DNA of 64,000 bases. Origin: an uncultured beta proteobacterium. Lineage in GTDB: Bacteria > Pseudomonadota > Gammaproteobacteria > Burkholderiales > SG8-41. Within the stretch, counting starts at the first letter, position 1. Each line of letters opens with the position of its first letter. Below, one piece after another: positions 35,152 through 45,763 of this stretch. Location of the stretch: contig CAVZWF010000008.1 of the NCBI GenBank assembly GCA_963778865.1, positions 36,778 to 100,777 on the forward strand, read 5' to 3'. The position numbers and the translations under genes are program-made. The notes below the pieces were generated by a model. The model searched no databases and was not told the origin of the DNA. It saw only the letters and a program-made list of their open reading frames with translations.

Positions 35152-35178
35152 GATGGTAGCCCCCGGCCGAACCATGCG

Positions 35179-35346
35179 TCAGCCGCGCGCAAGGCTGGCG
35201 TCGAACGAGGCCAGATTCGCGCCCACAAGCGCGCTCTGCGGATGCGCGTTTTTGCACCGGCCTGCGAGTTCTCTGCCGGCCGCAAAGTAGACGGTCAGGG
35301 TGACCACACAGCGCACGTCGTAGGGCCAGCGGTATTTGTCTTGCAT
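35179..35346 (-). pseudogene. Possible N-terminal remnant of a polysaccharide deacetylase
   Basis: MQDKYRWPYDVRCVVTLTVYF resembles the WP.gaR.aV.lT.D start of that family; only 55 aa. Confidence 0.3.
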
Positions 35347-35525
35347 GATAGATCGCAATATACGTGAATCGCGCGGCAGCGAAAAGCGCGTGGCGTCGAT
35401 GGGCCGCGCTTGTTGGTGATCTGGTTCTTGCCTATACTCGACGTGAACGCGCGGGAGAAGAGTGTTTTGCCACATAGCACGATGCTGGGTTCGATACAGT
35501 CGCGGCGATTCCTGACAATAGTGAA

Positions 35526-36089
35526 ATGACTACGCTTTACACGATCGGTCACGGCAACCGCGCGATTGCGGAGTTCATCGCGCTCTTGAAGAACGCGCGC
35601 ATTGAATGCCTGGTCGACGTGCGCGCGTATCCACGCTCGCGTCGCAATCCGCAGTTTGCGCGGATGGCGCTCGATCCGGTGTTGAAGGCGCATGCGATAC
35701 GCTACGTGTGGGAAGGCGCGGCGCTCGGCGGTATGCGCCGGCCGCGTAGTGATTCACCCCACGTGGCGCTGGCGGACGCGGCGCACCGCGGCTATGCCGA
35801 TCATACGGCAACTGTCGAATTCGAAAGCGCGCTGGCAAGGCTCACCGCGATTGGCGTAACGCAAACGACTGCATTCATGTGCGCGGAGATCCAACCCCGA
35901 ACACTGTCACCGCTCGTTTATCGCCGATGTCCTGCTCGCGCAGGGTATCGAGGTGATGCACCTGATGGGGCCGCAGGATGTGCGCAGCCACACGTTGCGC
36001 GAAGGCGCGCGATGGACTCCCGCGGGCACGTGGTTTACGACGCCAGCGTGCAGCTCGGGTTGGCGCTGGAAGTATCGGTAACCCAATGA
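35526..36089 (+). CDS. DUF488-family protein (frameshift near 35895)
   Basis: LYTIGHG, LVDVRAYPRSRRNPQF, LGGMR, MCAE, CHRSFIAD in shifted frame. Confidence 0.88.
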   Translation: MTTLYTIGHGNRAIAEFIALLKNARIECLVDVRAYPRSRRNPQFARMALDPVLKAHAIRYVWEGAALGGMRRPRSDSPHVALADAAHRGYADHTATVEFESALARLTAIGVTQTTAFMCAEIQPRTLSPLVYRRCPARAGYRGDAPDGAAGCAQPHVARRRAMDSRGHVVYDASVQLGLALEVSVTQ

Positions 36090-37045
36090 GGCAAACGTGG
36101 ATTGCCGGGTGGGCGGGAATCGCGCTTGCCGCATGCACGGGCGCGCATGGTGCTGCTTACCCGGCAAAGCCGGTGCGTGTGATCGTCGGCCTCGCCGCCG
36201 GTGGCGGCACCGACATCACCGCGCGCATTATCGCGCAGAAGCTCTCCGATACGCTCGGCCAGCCGTTCATCGTCGACAATCGTCCCGGTGCCGGCAGTAT
36301 GTTGGGCATAGAGCTTGCAGCCAAGGCGCCGCCCGATGGTTATACGCTGATCGTGGTGTCGCCCGAATTCGCGGTCAATCCGAGTCTGCAGGCGAAAGTC
36401 GGCTACGATCCGGTGCGGGATTTCGCGCCCATCGCGCAGATTGTTTACAGCCAGTATTTTCTGTCGGTGCGCAATCCGGGCCCACTGAATTCGGTCGGCG
36501 AATTGATCGCTTACGCGAAAGCGAATCCGCGACGGCTGAATTACGCATCGTCGGGCACCGGCAGCGCGAACCATCTTGGCGGGGAATTGTTCAAGACCAT
36601 GGCGGGGATCGACATGGTGCACGTGCCCTACAGGGGCTCGGGGCCGTCGGTGACCGCATTGCTCGCGGGGGAGGTGCAGGTCGTATTCAGCAGCACGACG
36701 GCGATCATCCAGCATGTGCGCGCCGGCCGCGCCAGGGCGCTCGCCGTCACTGGTCCGCGACGGGCATCGATCGCGCCCGAGATACCGACGGTGATCGAAG
36801 CGGGTTTGCCCGGATTCGTCGTCACCGGATGGTTCGGATTGCTCGCACCCGCGAAAACGCCGCTCGCGGTAGTCGACCGCCTGAATGCGGAAGTCAACCG
36901 CGTACTGCCCGCGTTGAAAGAGCGCTACGCCGAGCTGGGCTCGGAGCTCGTTGGCGGCACGTCGCGCGAATTCGGCGCGTTCATCAGGTCGGAGCTCGCG
37001 AAGTGGGCGAAGGTCGTCAAAGCGTCGGGCGCAAAGCCGGATTGA
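36086..37045 (+). CDS. Bug/TctC substrate-binding protein
   Basis: YPAKPVRVIV, VDNRPGAG, HVPYRG. Confidence 0.95.
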   Translation: MRQTWIAGWAGIALAACTGAHGAAYPAKPVRVIVGLAAGGGTDITARIIAQKLSDTLGQPFIVDNRPGAGSMLGIELAAKAPPDGYTLIVVSPEFAVNPSLQAKVGYDPVRDFAPIAQIVYSQYFLSVRNPGPLNSVGELIAYAKANPRRLNYASSGTGSANHLGGELFKTMAGIDMVHVPYRGSGPSVTALLAGEVQVVFSSTTAIIQHVRAGRARALAVTGPRRASIAPEIPTVIEAGLPGFVVTGWFGLLAPAKTPLAVVDRLNAEVNRVLPALKERYAELGSELVGGTSREFGAFIRSELAKWAKVVKASGAKPD

Positions 37046-37241
37046 CTTCCGATCCTCGACGAAGACGGATAAAAAATTGTGCCTCGGGATTCAGTAATCA
37101 CTGCTACTCGGCACCGCCAAGGTGATCGGCAATTATTGCGATGTGGGGCGGGGCGAAGGATTTGAGGAGTTTTTTGGCCGTGCAATGACGTGCTTTGGTC
37201 CGAAGCCCGTTAGATTGGCGGCGGCGCCCGCTAGGTGCCAA

Positions 37242-37592
37242 TCAACTTCCTGCTGCGTGTTGCCGCGAGCTTCGCCTGCCGAAATGCTGGATGCCCACCA
37301 TCGTTTCCGATTCGCGTTCGAGAATTTTCAAACGCCGTAACGCGGTATCGAATATGTGCAAGGCCTCGTCGATTTCCAGACGCGTTTTTTCTCGTTGTTG
37401 ACGGGATGCGCTCCGGGATTCCCCGACGAGTCGCTCGTAACGTGTCTCGACATCCTGCAACCCGGTACCGGCAAACTCGTCAGGTGCTCGGGAAGATTGC
37501 GTCCGAATTAGTATTGCTTCCACGTAAGCGCCCAATAAGAAATAAATTACGTGTTCGGAATCGGCCTTGGCAATTACATTTGCGATCATCAT
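37242..37592 (-). CDS. Hypothetical helical protein (116 aa)
   Basis: Protein-like composition (EHVIYFLLGAYVEA, EALHIFDTALRRLKILE); GGAGG upstream on the minus strand. Confidence 0.45.
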   Translation of the reverse strand: MMIANVIAKADSEHVIYFLLGAYVEAILIRTQSSRAPDEFAGTGLQDVETRYERLVGESRSASRQQREKTRLEIDEALHIFDTALRRLKILERESETMVGIQHFGRRSSRQHAAGS

Positions 37593-38169
37593 CAGGCGCC
37601 TCCATTCAATCGGTGAACCCCGGGTTCCTGGAATTCGGGAGCGGTGGTCGTGGTGGGTTGGTTGCCGTTGAATAAATTTTTATGTTGCTGTTATCGGGCG
37701 GATGTTTCCGCCTCGGCCATATGACAATCATCTACCTTCCTTGTTTCCTGATACGAGGTATTTGTGCACGAAATTTCCGGAATTCGCGATCGCGTATGCG
37801 TTGTGCTTCGCAACAGAAATGTCCGATCCAGAACCGGGCAGTGCACCATTTATTCTGGTGAGGGCATCCATGTTGAAGAGACAAACCTTCACGCGCTCAC
37901 GCGCTGGTTGGTTGCGGCGCCGGACTGAATGTTGCAATGCGATGGACACAACTTAATCGCCATTGCGGGCAAAGTTTTTCTGCGCGAGCATAATATGCAC
38001 TGCATATGCGGGGAGCGCGTATGAACAATCGCCGCAGGATTCGGATTGGGGTTGGCGTATACGCAGACGAACAATCTGCCGGGCAGGCGGCGAGCACGTC
38101 ACGGCCGCGCCGCTCATTAACCGTGCTGAGTTGTTTGGGCCGCAGTGTTTACGACCGATGCGGCGGCGC

Positions 38170-38935
38170 AATAAGCTTATCCGAGCCGGTCGATCCGTTT
38201 CATCGTGCCGTATCCGCCCGGCGGCCCGACCGATCTCATGGCGCGCTCGATGTCAGGGCGGCTCCCGAAGCGCTGGGGCAGACGGTGGTGGTCGACAACC
38301 GCGCAGGCGCCGGCGGCAACGTCGGGGCCGAATTGGCCGCGCAAGGCCTCGCCCCACGGCTACACTTTGCTGATGGGCGCGATCAGCACCGACAGCATCG
38401 ACGCAGCCTCTACAGCAAGCTGCCGCTTCGACCCCGTGAAGGACTTCGCGCTGATCACGCTGGCTTCGACCATCCCGCTGGTGATCAACGCCACCGTGCT
38501 GATCCGCCTGTGCACGAACTGGTCCACCGTACCAACGCGCTCGCCAGCTGCTCGGCAAGCTGGTCTCGGGCCCGGCAATGGGCGGTGGCACCTACCTTGC
38601 CGGCGGACTCGTAAGATGATGACCGGGATCAATCTGCAGCACGTGCCGTACAAGGGGCTCAATCCCGCCACCATCGATGTCATTGGCGGCAACATTCCGC
38701 TGGTGTTCAACGACCTCACCACCGCGATCCAGCCCTACACGGCCGCGCGTATGAAGATTCACGGTGCTCGACCGTCAAGGCGTGCCGCGATTCCCGAAGG
38801 TCGCCACCGCAGCGAATCGGCGCCCGGTTACGAGGCCTACACCTGGTCTCGGCCGTGCTGGTGCCGGCAGGCACCCCGCGCCGATAGCGATCGGACTAAG
38901 CCGCGAGTCCATGAACGATTCGTAAAGCGACGAAA
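38170..38935 (+). pseudogene. Degenerate Bug/TctC gene
   Basis: IVPYPPGGPTDLMAR, GQTVVVDNRAGAGGNVG, LQHVPYKG fragments with many indels, multi-codon deletions and no C-terminus. Confidence 0.7.
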
Positions 38936-38939
38936 TCGG

Positions 38940-39178
38940 GGGCCGCCCTGGCGGCGATTTCCGCGCCTACGTTGGCGCCCGCGCCCGGGCGGTTGTCGAT
39001 CACCACCTGCTGCCCGAGCCGCTCGCCGAGCTTTTGTCCGAAGGTACGCGCAGTCGTGTCGGTATTCCCGCCGGTATGGCACGATCAGGCGCACCGGCTT
39101 GTTTGGATACGATTGGGCGACGGATACGCATGGCGCGATCAGCAACGCGGCATCGATTGCGGCGTGCGCGCGTTTCAT
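38940..39178 (-). pseudogene. 5' fragment of a Bug/TctC gene
   Basis: Signal peptide, [32 protein letters not shown], then ends abruptly. Confidence 0.75.
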
Positions 39179-39202
39179 ATTTGGGTCGTATAGAACCCAT
39201 CT

Positions 39203-40187
39203 CTACTGATTTAGCGTGATCCCGGCCTCGCGAATCACGCGCGACCACTTCGCGGCTTCCGATTTTATGAAGGCGGTGAATTCTTCCGGCGTGCTGCCGA
39301 CGGGTTCGGCGCCGAGCGCGGTGAGCCGCTCGCTCAATTCCGCCGACGCGCACATGACGGGCGGCTTCGCGCTGAAAATTTCTGCACGATGTCCGGCGGC
39401 GTGCCGGCCGGCATGACGAGCCCCGACCAGCCCGTCACGCCGGCGCCCGGATAGCCGGCTTCCGCCATCGTCGGTGCGTCGGGGTACGCGGCCGCGCGTT
39501 TTTCGCCGCCGGTCGCGAGCAGCCGCAGGCGGCCCGCCTTGACGTGCGCGTTTACGCCGGCCGACGTTGCGAACAGCAACACGTACTGGCCGCCGATGCA
39601 GATCGGTCACCGCCGGCGTTTCGCCTTTGTACGGCACGTGCACCATTTTCAGGCCGGTCTCGATGCGCAGGAGTTCGCGCCGCGAGGTGCGTGAGATTGC
39701 CGATGCCGAACGAGCCGTAAACGAGATCGCCCGGACGCGATTTGCCGAGCGCCACGAGTTCCTTCACCGAGCGCACCGGCAGCGACGGATGGACGACGAG
39801 CACGATGACGTTGGCGACGCTCTGCATGACCGGCGCAAAATCGCGAAACGCGTCGTACGGCAGCGTTTTGTAGACGAAGGGATTGATCGCGAGCACCGAA
39901 GTAAACGGCGCGGCCAGCGTGTAGCCGTCGGGCTTGGACTTGGCGACTGCTTCCATGCCGATGATGCCGTTGGCGCCCGGGCGGTTGTCCACGACCACCT
40001 GCTGGCCCCACGACTCGGTCAGTTTCTGCGCGATCGCGCGCGCCACGATGTCGACGCCGCCGCCCGCCGCCTGCGGCACGATGATGCGCACGGGACGGTT
40101 GGGGTAGTCGGTTGTCTGTGCTGCCGCGGGCGTAACGCTCGCGGCAAGCAAGGCGAACAGCGCGCCCGATAAAATCACGCAACGCAT
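39203..40187 (-). CDS. Bug/TctC substrate-binding protein (frameshifted)
   Basis: YPNRPVRIIVP, VDNRPGA, HVPYKG, WSRVIREAGI. Confidence 0.92.
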
Positions 40188-40201
40188 GCGGTCCCCGCTT
40201 T

Positions 40202-41588
40202 TTAAGCCGCAGCCGATTTGCGCAATCGTTGCTCGCCGCCCGCGCGCAAAAGGTCCATCAACGTGCGCGTCGAGCCGAGATCCTCGATCCGCGTTACTGC
40301 GTCTATGACGGCGTTTACGTTGGCGGCGGGCAGCCGCGCTTTGGCGTAGGTGCGGAACTTCGCTTCGATCTGCGCGCGCGTGAGCGGATTCTCGGCGGAG
40401 CCGCGCGGGTGATCGCAGCGCATGCTGAGCGTCTTGCCGTCGGTGGTGTGCGCCTCAACCACGGCCTGCACGCCGGAGAGCGCGGGATCGATCGTCACTT
40501 CGACCTGTTCCGCCGCAAACTTGCGCAGTCTGGCGTCGTCGTAGCGCGCCGGCTCGAACTGCGCGAGCGACAACTCGCGGTCGTGCAATATCACCGCTGC
40601 CGCGTAGTGCGTCGACAGCAGCGCGTCGAATTTGCCCTTGTAGCGCGGGAATATGCCGTGCATGTCGACCGCGGTCTTGCCCATCTTCACGTTGAGCTTT
40701 TTCACCTGCTCGGGACGCAGATTATTTTTTTCGACGAGGTCGAACATCGCGGTGATGAAGCCCTGAATGGTGGACGCCGACGGCCACAGGCGCAGTGCGA
40801 TCTGTTCGAGTTCCCAGCGCTGCCCGAGTTGAGCCGACCGCATCCGCGGGGCGTCCGCCGTTCGAGTACGTGTTATAGAGACCGCCGTCTTGCGCAGTCA
40901 GGAATTCGCTGTTGGCAAGAAAATTCTGCTGCGCGAGCAGCGCCGCCATCAGCCCCGACAGCGCGCCGCGACATTGATGGAACTTGACGGTCGGCGTTCC
41001 CCACGCGGCAAAAGTGCCGGCGGACTGGCTGCCCGCGAGCCCGAACGCTTTCGCCATGGTCGCGGTATCGAGCCCGATAAGGCGGCCCACCGCGGCGGCG
41101 GATCCGAACGGTCCGATGACGCCGGGCCCGTGCCAGCCGCGCTTGCGCGCTTCGGGATAATCGAGGCCGAGGCCGACGCGCGTCGTAATTTCGCAACCGG
41201 CGGCAATCGCGACCAGCAGATCGCGGCCCGACAGGCCGTCGCGCTCCGCGATGGCGAGCGCGGGCGGTATCACTTCCGGCGTGACGTGGGTGAGCGTGGA
41301 GCGGTGAATGTCGCACATGGTGACGGCGGTGATCAGATAGCCGTTCAACATCGTTGCGCCGGCGAGCGACAGGCGGTCGCCGCCGATGATGCTGCTCTCG
41401 TTCGATTGCGCAAGGCCTGCCGCGAGCGCCGCCAGCTGGTGGGTTTCTTCGCCCTGATGGCCCGCCACCGCGCACGCGAGCGTGTCGAGCAGCACGTTCT
41501 TGCAATATTCGGTGACGCGCTGCGGGATGTCTTCGTATTTGAGCGTGGCCGCGAATTGGGCCAGCGTATGGGTGACTTCACCTGCCAT
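40202..41588 (-). CDS. MmgE/PrpD-family protein (frameshift near 40835)
   Basis: VLLDTLACAVAG, RKRGWH, PRGSAENPLT..QIEAKF. Confidence 0.9.
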
Positions 41589-41684
41589 CGCAATCTCCTT
41601 TGATATTTGCGGCTTCAGCTCTTGATTCCGACCGAGAGGGGAATCATAAGGCCCGCCGCGTGAAAAGAAAACTCAAAATCTTGA

Positions 41685-41838
41685 ACCGCAAAGGACGCGA
41701 AGGACGCAAAGGAAAACCGAAGGAATGCAATAAAAGGATCCGCGAGTCAATTTCAATATACTGCAAGTTTATAAATGGTGAAATGGAAACTTGACCCTTT
41801 CTGAAGCCTTCCTTTGCGTCCTTCGCGTCCTTTGCGGT
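41685..41838. repeat. Perfect 30-bp inverted repeat built from 9-mer CGCRAAGGA, with 94-nt AT-rich spacer
   Basis: ACCGCAAAGGACGCGAAGGACGCAAAGGAA (41685-41714) and exact reverse complement (41809-41838). Confidence 0.95.
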
Positions 41839-41983
41839 GAAGCTTTGAAGTTTAGTGCTTGATTGGCGCGGCGGGAATCAAGTGGACTGTATCGCGTAAG
41901 CGAGTTTCAATGCGAACGGCGTGTGGTCGCAGCCCGCGGGCTGGTAAACTTGAATACTCATCATGCAGAGGAATTCCGGGACA

Positions 41984-43081
41984 ATGAAAATCACCAAAGT
42001 CGAAACCATCGTCATTACGATGCCGATGATCATCGAGGGCGATGTCGTGCCCAAGCAGGGCGGCAAGCCGCGCACCAGCATGGATACGCTGCTCGTGCGC
42101 ATCGACACCGACGAAGGCGTGACCGGCTGGGGCGAAGGCTTCGGGCATCGCATTTTTACCGCGACGAAAGCCGCGCTCGATTCGTTCATCGGCCCGATGT
42201 GCGTCGGCCGCGATCCCGCCGCGATTGCGCCGCTCGTCGACGAACTGCAGCGCAATCTTGGCGGCGTCGGCCGCAACGGGCCGGCGATGTACGCGCTGTC
42301 GGCGATCGACATTGCGCTGTGGGACATCGCGGGCAAGGTGGCGGGACAGCCGCTCTACCGCCTGCTCGGCGGATCGGCGCGCAAGGAATTGCCGGCGTAT
42401 GCAAGCCTCTTGCGTTACGGCGAGCCCGCGGCGGTGACGCGTTACGTCGAGCGCGCACTGAAGCGCGGCTACCGCCACATCAAGCTGCACGAAATCACCG
42501 CGGCGCCGATCAAGGCGGCGCGTGTGGCGGCGGGCCCCGACATTCCGATCATGATCGATTGCAATTGCCCGTGGACGATCGACGAAGCAATCGCCATGGC
42601 GCACACGTTGCGGGAGTTCAATCCCAAGTGGCTGGAGGAGCCGATCTGGCCGCCGGAAGATCATGCGGGCCTTGCGCGCGTGCGCACGCACGGCGGCATT
42701 CCGACCGCGGCCGGCGAGAATTCCATGCTGCCGGAATTCAAGAGCATGTTCGAGCACGCGGCAATCTCTTACGCGCAGCCGAGCATCACCAAGGTGGGCG
42801 GCGTCACGCAGATGCGCAAAGTGATGGCGCTCGCGGACGCATTCGGCGTCACCGTCGTCCCGCATTCCGCGTACCTCGGCCCCGGGCTCCTCGCATCGAT
42901 TCATTGCATCGCCGCGATGCCGGGGGACAGCCTCGTCGAGCGCTACGACGCCGATTTCGCGGAGAACCCGCTGCACGACGCGATCCACCCGGACAACAAC
43001 GGCTGCATAGCGGTGCCGCAGGGCGCGGGGCTGGGAGTCGACCCCGACCCCGCCGTGATCGCGAAGCTGCGCGTGAAATAG
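41984..43081 (+). CDS. Mandelate racemase/muconate lactonizing enzyme family protein
   Basis: TDEGVTGWGE, SAIDIALWDIAGK, DCN / EEP / GEN metal ligands. Confidence 0.93.
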   Translation: MKITKVETIVITMPMIIEGDVVPKQGGKPRTSMDTLLVRIDTDEGVTGWGEGFGHRIFTATKAALDSFIGPMCVGRDPAAIAPLVDELQRNLGGVGRNGPAMYALSAIDIALWDIAGKVAGQPLYRLLGGSARKELPAYASLLRYGEPAAVTRYVERALKRGYRHIKLHEITAAPIKAARVAAGPDIPIMIDCNCPWTIDEAIAMAHTLREFNPKWLEEPIWPPEDHAGLARVRTHGGIPTAAGENSMLPEFKSMFEHAAISYAQPSITKVGGVTQMRKVMALADAFGVTVVPHSAYLGPGLLASIHCIAAMPGDSLVERYDADFAENPLHDAIHPDNNGCIAVPQGAGLGVDPDPAVIAKLRVK

Positions 43082-43131
43082 GCGTTAGCGCCGGTAGCGT
43101 AATGCGAAACGTAGAGGCACATTTATTTTCT

Positions 43132-43214
43132 GTAATTCCCGCGCAGGCGGGAATCCAGATGGTTTTGTCCGGACTAGCGTTCGTTTTCTGGACTCCCGCC
43201 TGCGCGGGAGCGAC
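43132..43214. repeat. REP-like doublet with ATTCCC-N8-GGGAAT (dRS3-like) cores
   Basis: GTAATTCCCGCGCAGGCGGGAATCCAG and inverted copy 43188-43214 (23/27 match). Confidence 0.9.
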
Positions 43215-43222
43215 GGTGCTTT

Positions 43223-43624
43223 TTGCGTCACGCAGTTAAAGCACTGCTCCTCATTTTGCTCGCTGGCTGCGCCACGCAGCCGGTGGACCTCAATGCGACG
43301 AGGGAAAGCTGGCAGGGCGTGCGCTATGAGACCGTCGTCGCGCTGTGGGGCGCGCCTGTGCGCAGCACCGTGCTTCCCGACGGCCGCGATGCGCATACCT
43401 GGGTGTCCGAATCCGTCGCGGGGGGCGGCATGTGGTTTCCGTCAATCGGCGTCTACGGCAGCAACCGCGGCGTAGGTGTCGGGGTCGGCACGGGTACGGT
43501 AATCGGGCAAGGCGGCGGCGAAATCGTGCGCTGCGAACGCACGTTTATTTTTCGCGATGGCGCGGTCAATGAACAGTCGTGGCAGGGGCATGCGCACTAC
43601 TGCAGCACGATGCGGCGGTATTGA
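43223..43624 (+). CDS. Hypothetical lipoprotein
   Basis: LAGC lipobox; SWQG...WGAP, GVGVGVG, C...C. Confidence 0.75.
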   Translation: MRHAVKALLLILLAGCATQPVDLNATRESWQGVRYETVVALWGAPVRSTVLPDGRDAHTWVSESVAGGGMWFPSIGVYGSNRGVGVGVGTGTVIGQGGGEIVRCERTFIFRDGAVNEQSWQGHAHYCSTMRRY

Positions 43625-43723
43625 AGTGTTTTGTCGCGCACTACTTTCGTCTGGCGCCCGATCATCTGCGTACGGTGATGAAACTGGTTTAACATTCGAA
43701 ACCGAAGATTGGAGGAGAGCGGA

Positions 43724-44708
43724 ATGTTGAAGCAGCGTATTCGTCCGGCGCTGGTTTGCGCCTGCGTCATGGTGTCCGCGGCGCTCGCGCCGCTGGGCGC
43801 AAACTTATCCCGCGAAGCCGATCCGCTACATCATCGCGTTTCCGCCGGGCGGCTCCAACGACATCCTCGCGCGCATCATAGGCGCGCGCATGACGGAAGC
43901 GATGGGGCAGACGGTGATCATCGACAACCGTCCGGGCGGCGGCGGCAACATCGGCGTCGAGGCGATTGCGCGCGCGGCGGCGGACGGCTACACCATAGGC
44001 AATATCAGCGCGACGCACACGATCAATGCCACGCTGTATCCGAAGCTCGGGTACGACATCCTGAAGGATTTCACGCCGATCACGCGCGTGGCGGAAATCC
44101 CGATACTGATAGCGGCGCATCCGGTGGTGCCGGTCAAAGGGCCGCGCGACCTGATTGCGCTGACGCAGAAGCGCAAATTGAGTTACGGCTCGTCGGGCAT
44201 CGGCACGCCGGGGCATCTCGCGGCGGAAATGCTGCGCGCCTACGGCGCGCGCGATCTGCAGCACGTGCCGTACAAAGGGGGGAGCCCCGCCAGCATCGAT
44301 CTGGTCGCCGGCAACATCGAACTGCTGTTCAACAACATGCCGGAACTGGTGCCGTTCGTGAAGGCCGGCAAAATGCGCGCGATCGCGGTGACAAGTGTCA
44401 AGCGCGACCCGGTGCTGCCGGATACGGTGTCGATGATAGAAGCGGGCTTCACCGGCTTCGATCTCGGCAACTGGGTCGCTATCGTCGGGCCGGCCGGCAT
44501 GCCGAAGGACGCGGTGGCGCGCCTGAACTCGGAGATCGTCAAAATCCTGCGCGACCCCGCGGCGCGCGAGAAGATCGCCGCGCAGGGCTTCAACATCGTC
44601 ACCAGCACGCCCGACGAACTCGCCGCGTACATAAGGTCCGAGCACGAAAAATGGGGCAAGCTGGTGAAGGTGTCGGGCGCGAAAGTCGAAGTGATAAATG
44701 GGCAATGA
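43724..44708 (+). CDS. Bug/TctC substrate-binding protein (frameshift near 43795)
   Basis: YPAKPIRYIIAFPPGG, IDNRPGGGG, HVPYKG. Confidence 0.92.
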
Positions 44709-44775
44709 ATGCAGATAAATGCAATGAAATTCAAGATCGGTGCGCATCGACATTTCCTTCCGCCTTGATGCTCAA

Positions 44776-45760
44776 ATGAATTTCCGTTGTCCATTGTCAT
44801 TGTCAACTGACCATCGTCCTCTGCGGCGTTTGCTCGCGCTGTCGCCAATGCGCATGCGCCGCCACCGACTATCCGGTGCGGCCGATCCGCATGCTCACCG
44901 GATTTACCGCCGGCGGCGGCTCCGATCTCGCGGCGCGTGCGGTTGCGCAGAAGTTGACCGAGCTGTACGGACAGAGCGTCGTGGTCGACAACCGCACCGG
45001 TGCGACCGGCGCGATCGCGGCGGAGATGCTCGCGAAAGCGCCGCCCGACGGTTACACGCTGATGATGCTCGCGGTCGCGCAGTTGTCCGCCACTGCGTTC
45101 GACGACAAGCTGCCGTTCGACGTCGTGCGCGATTTTGCGGGCGTGAGTCTCGTTTCACGCAATCCGTACGTAATGGCGGTGACGCCGAATCTGCCGGCGC
45201 GCACCGTGCGCGAATTCATCGATCTCGCGAAAGCGCAGCCGGGCCGGCTCAACTACGGCTCGACCGGCATCGGCGGCTCGAATCATCTCGTGACCGAAGT
45301 GTTCTGCTCGGCTGCGGGCATCAAGCTCACGCACGTGCCGTACAAGGGGCCGCCGCAGGCGCTCGCGGATCTTGCGGGCGGACAGGTGCAACTGGTGTTT
45401 GCCAGCATCACATCGGGGTTGCCGCTCACGCGCGCCGGCAAGGTGCGTGCGCTCGCCGTCTCTTCGCTCAAACGCTCGGCAGCCGCGCCGGATATTCCCA
45501 CCATTGCGGAAACCCTGCCCGGCTACGAAACAATCGGCTGGTACGGCGTGGTCGCGCCCAAGCGCACGCCCGCGGCACTCGTCAACCGCTTGAGCATGGA
45601 CATCGCGCGCGGGCTGCAGTCGCCCGAAGTGAAGGAGCGCCTCGCGGCGGACGGCTCGGAGGCGGTGGGCAGCACGCCCGCCGAGTTGGATCGTCACATG
45701 GCGAGCGAAGTCGCGCGCTTCAGGAAAGTGATCCGCGAAGCCGGAATTCGCAAGGAATAA
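44776..45760 (+). CDS. Bug/TctC substrate-binding protein (5' end frameshifted, start approximate)
   Basis: DYPVRPIRML, VDNRTGA, HVPYKG. Confidence 0.92.
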
Positions 45761-45763
45761 GCA

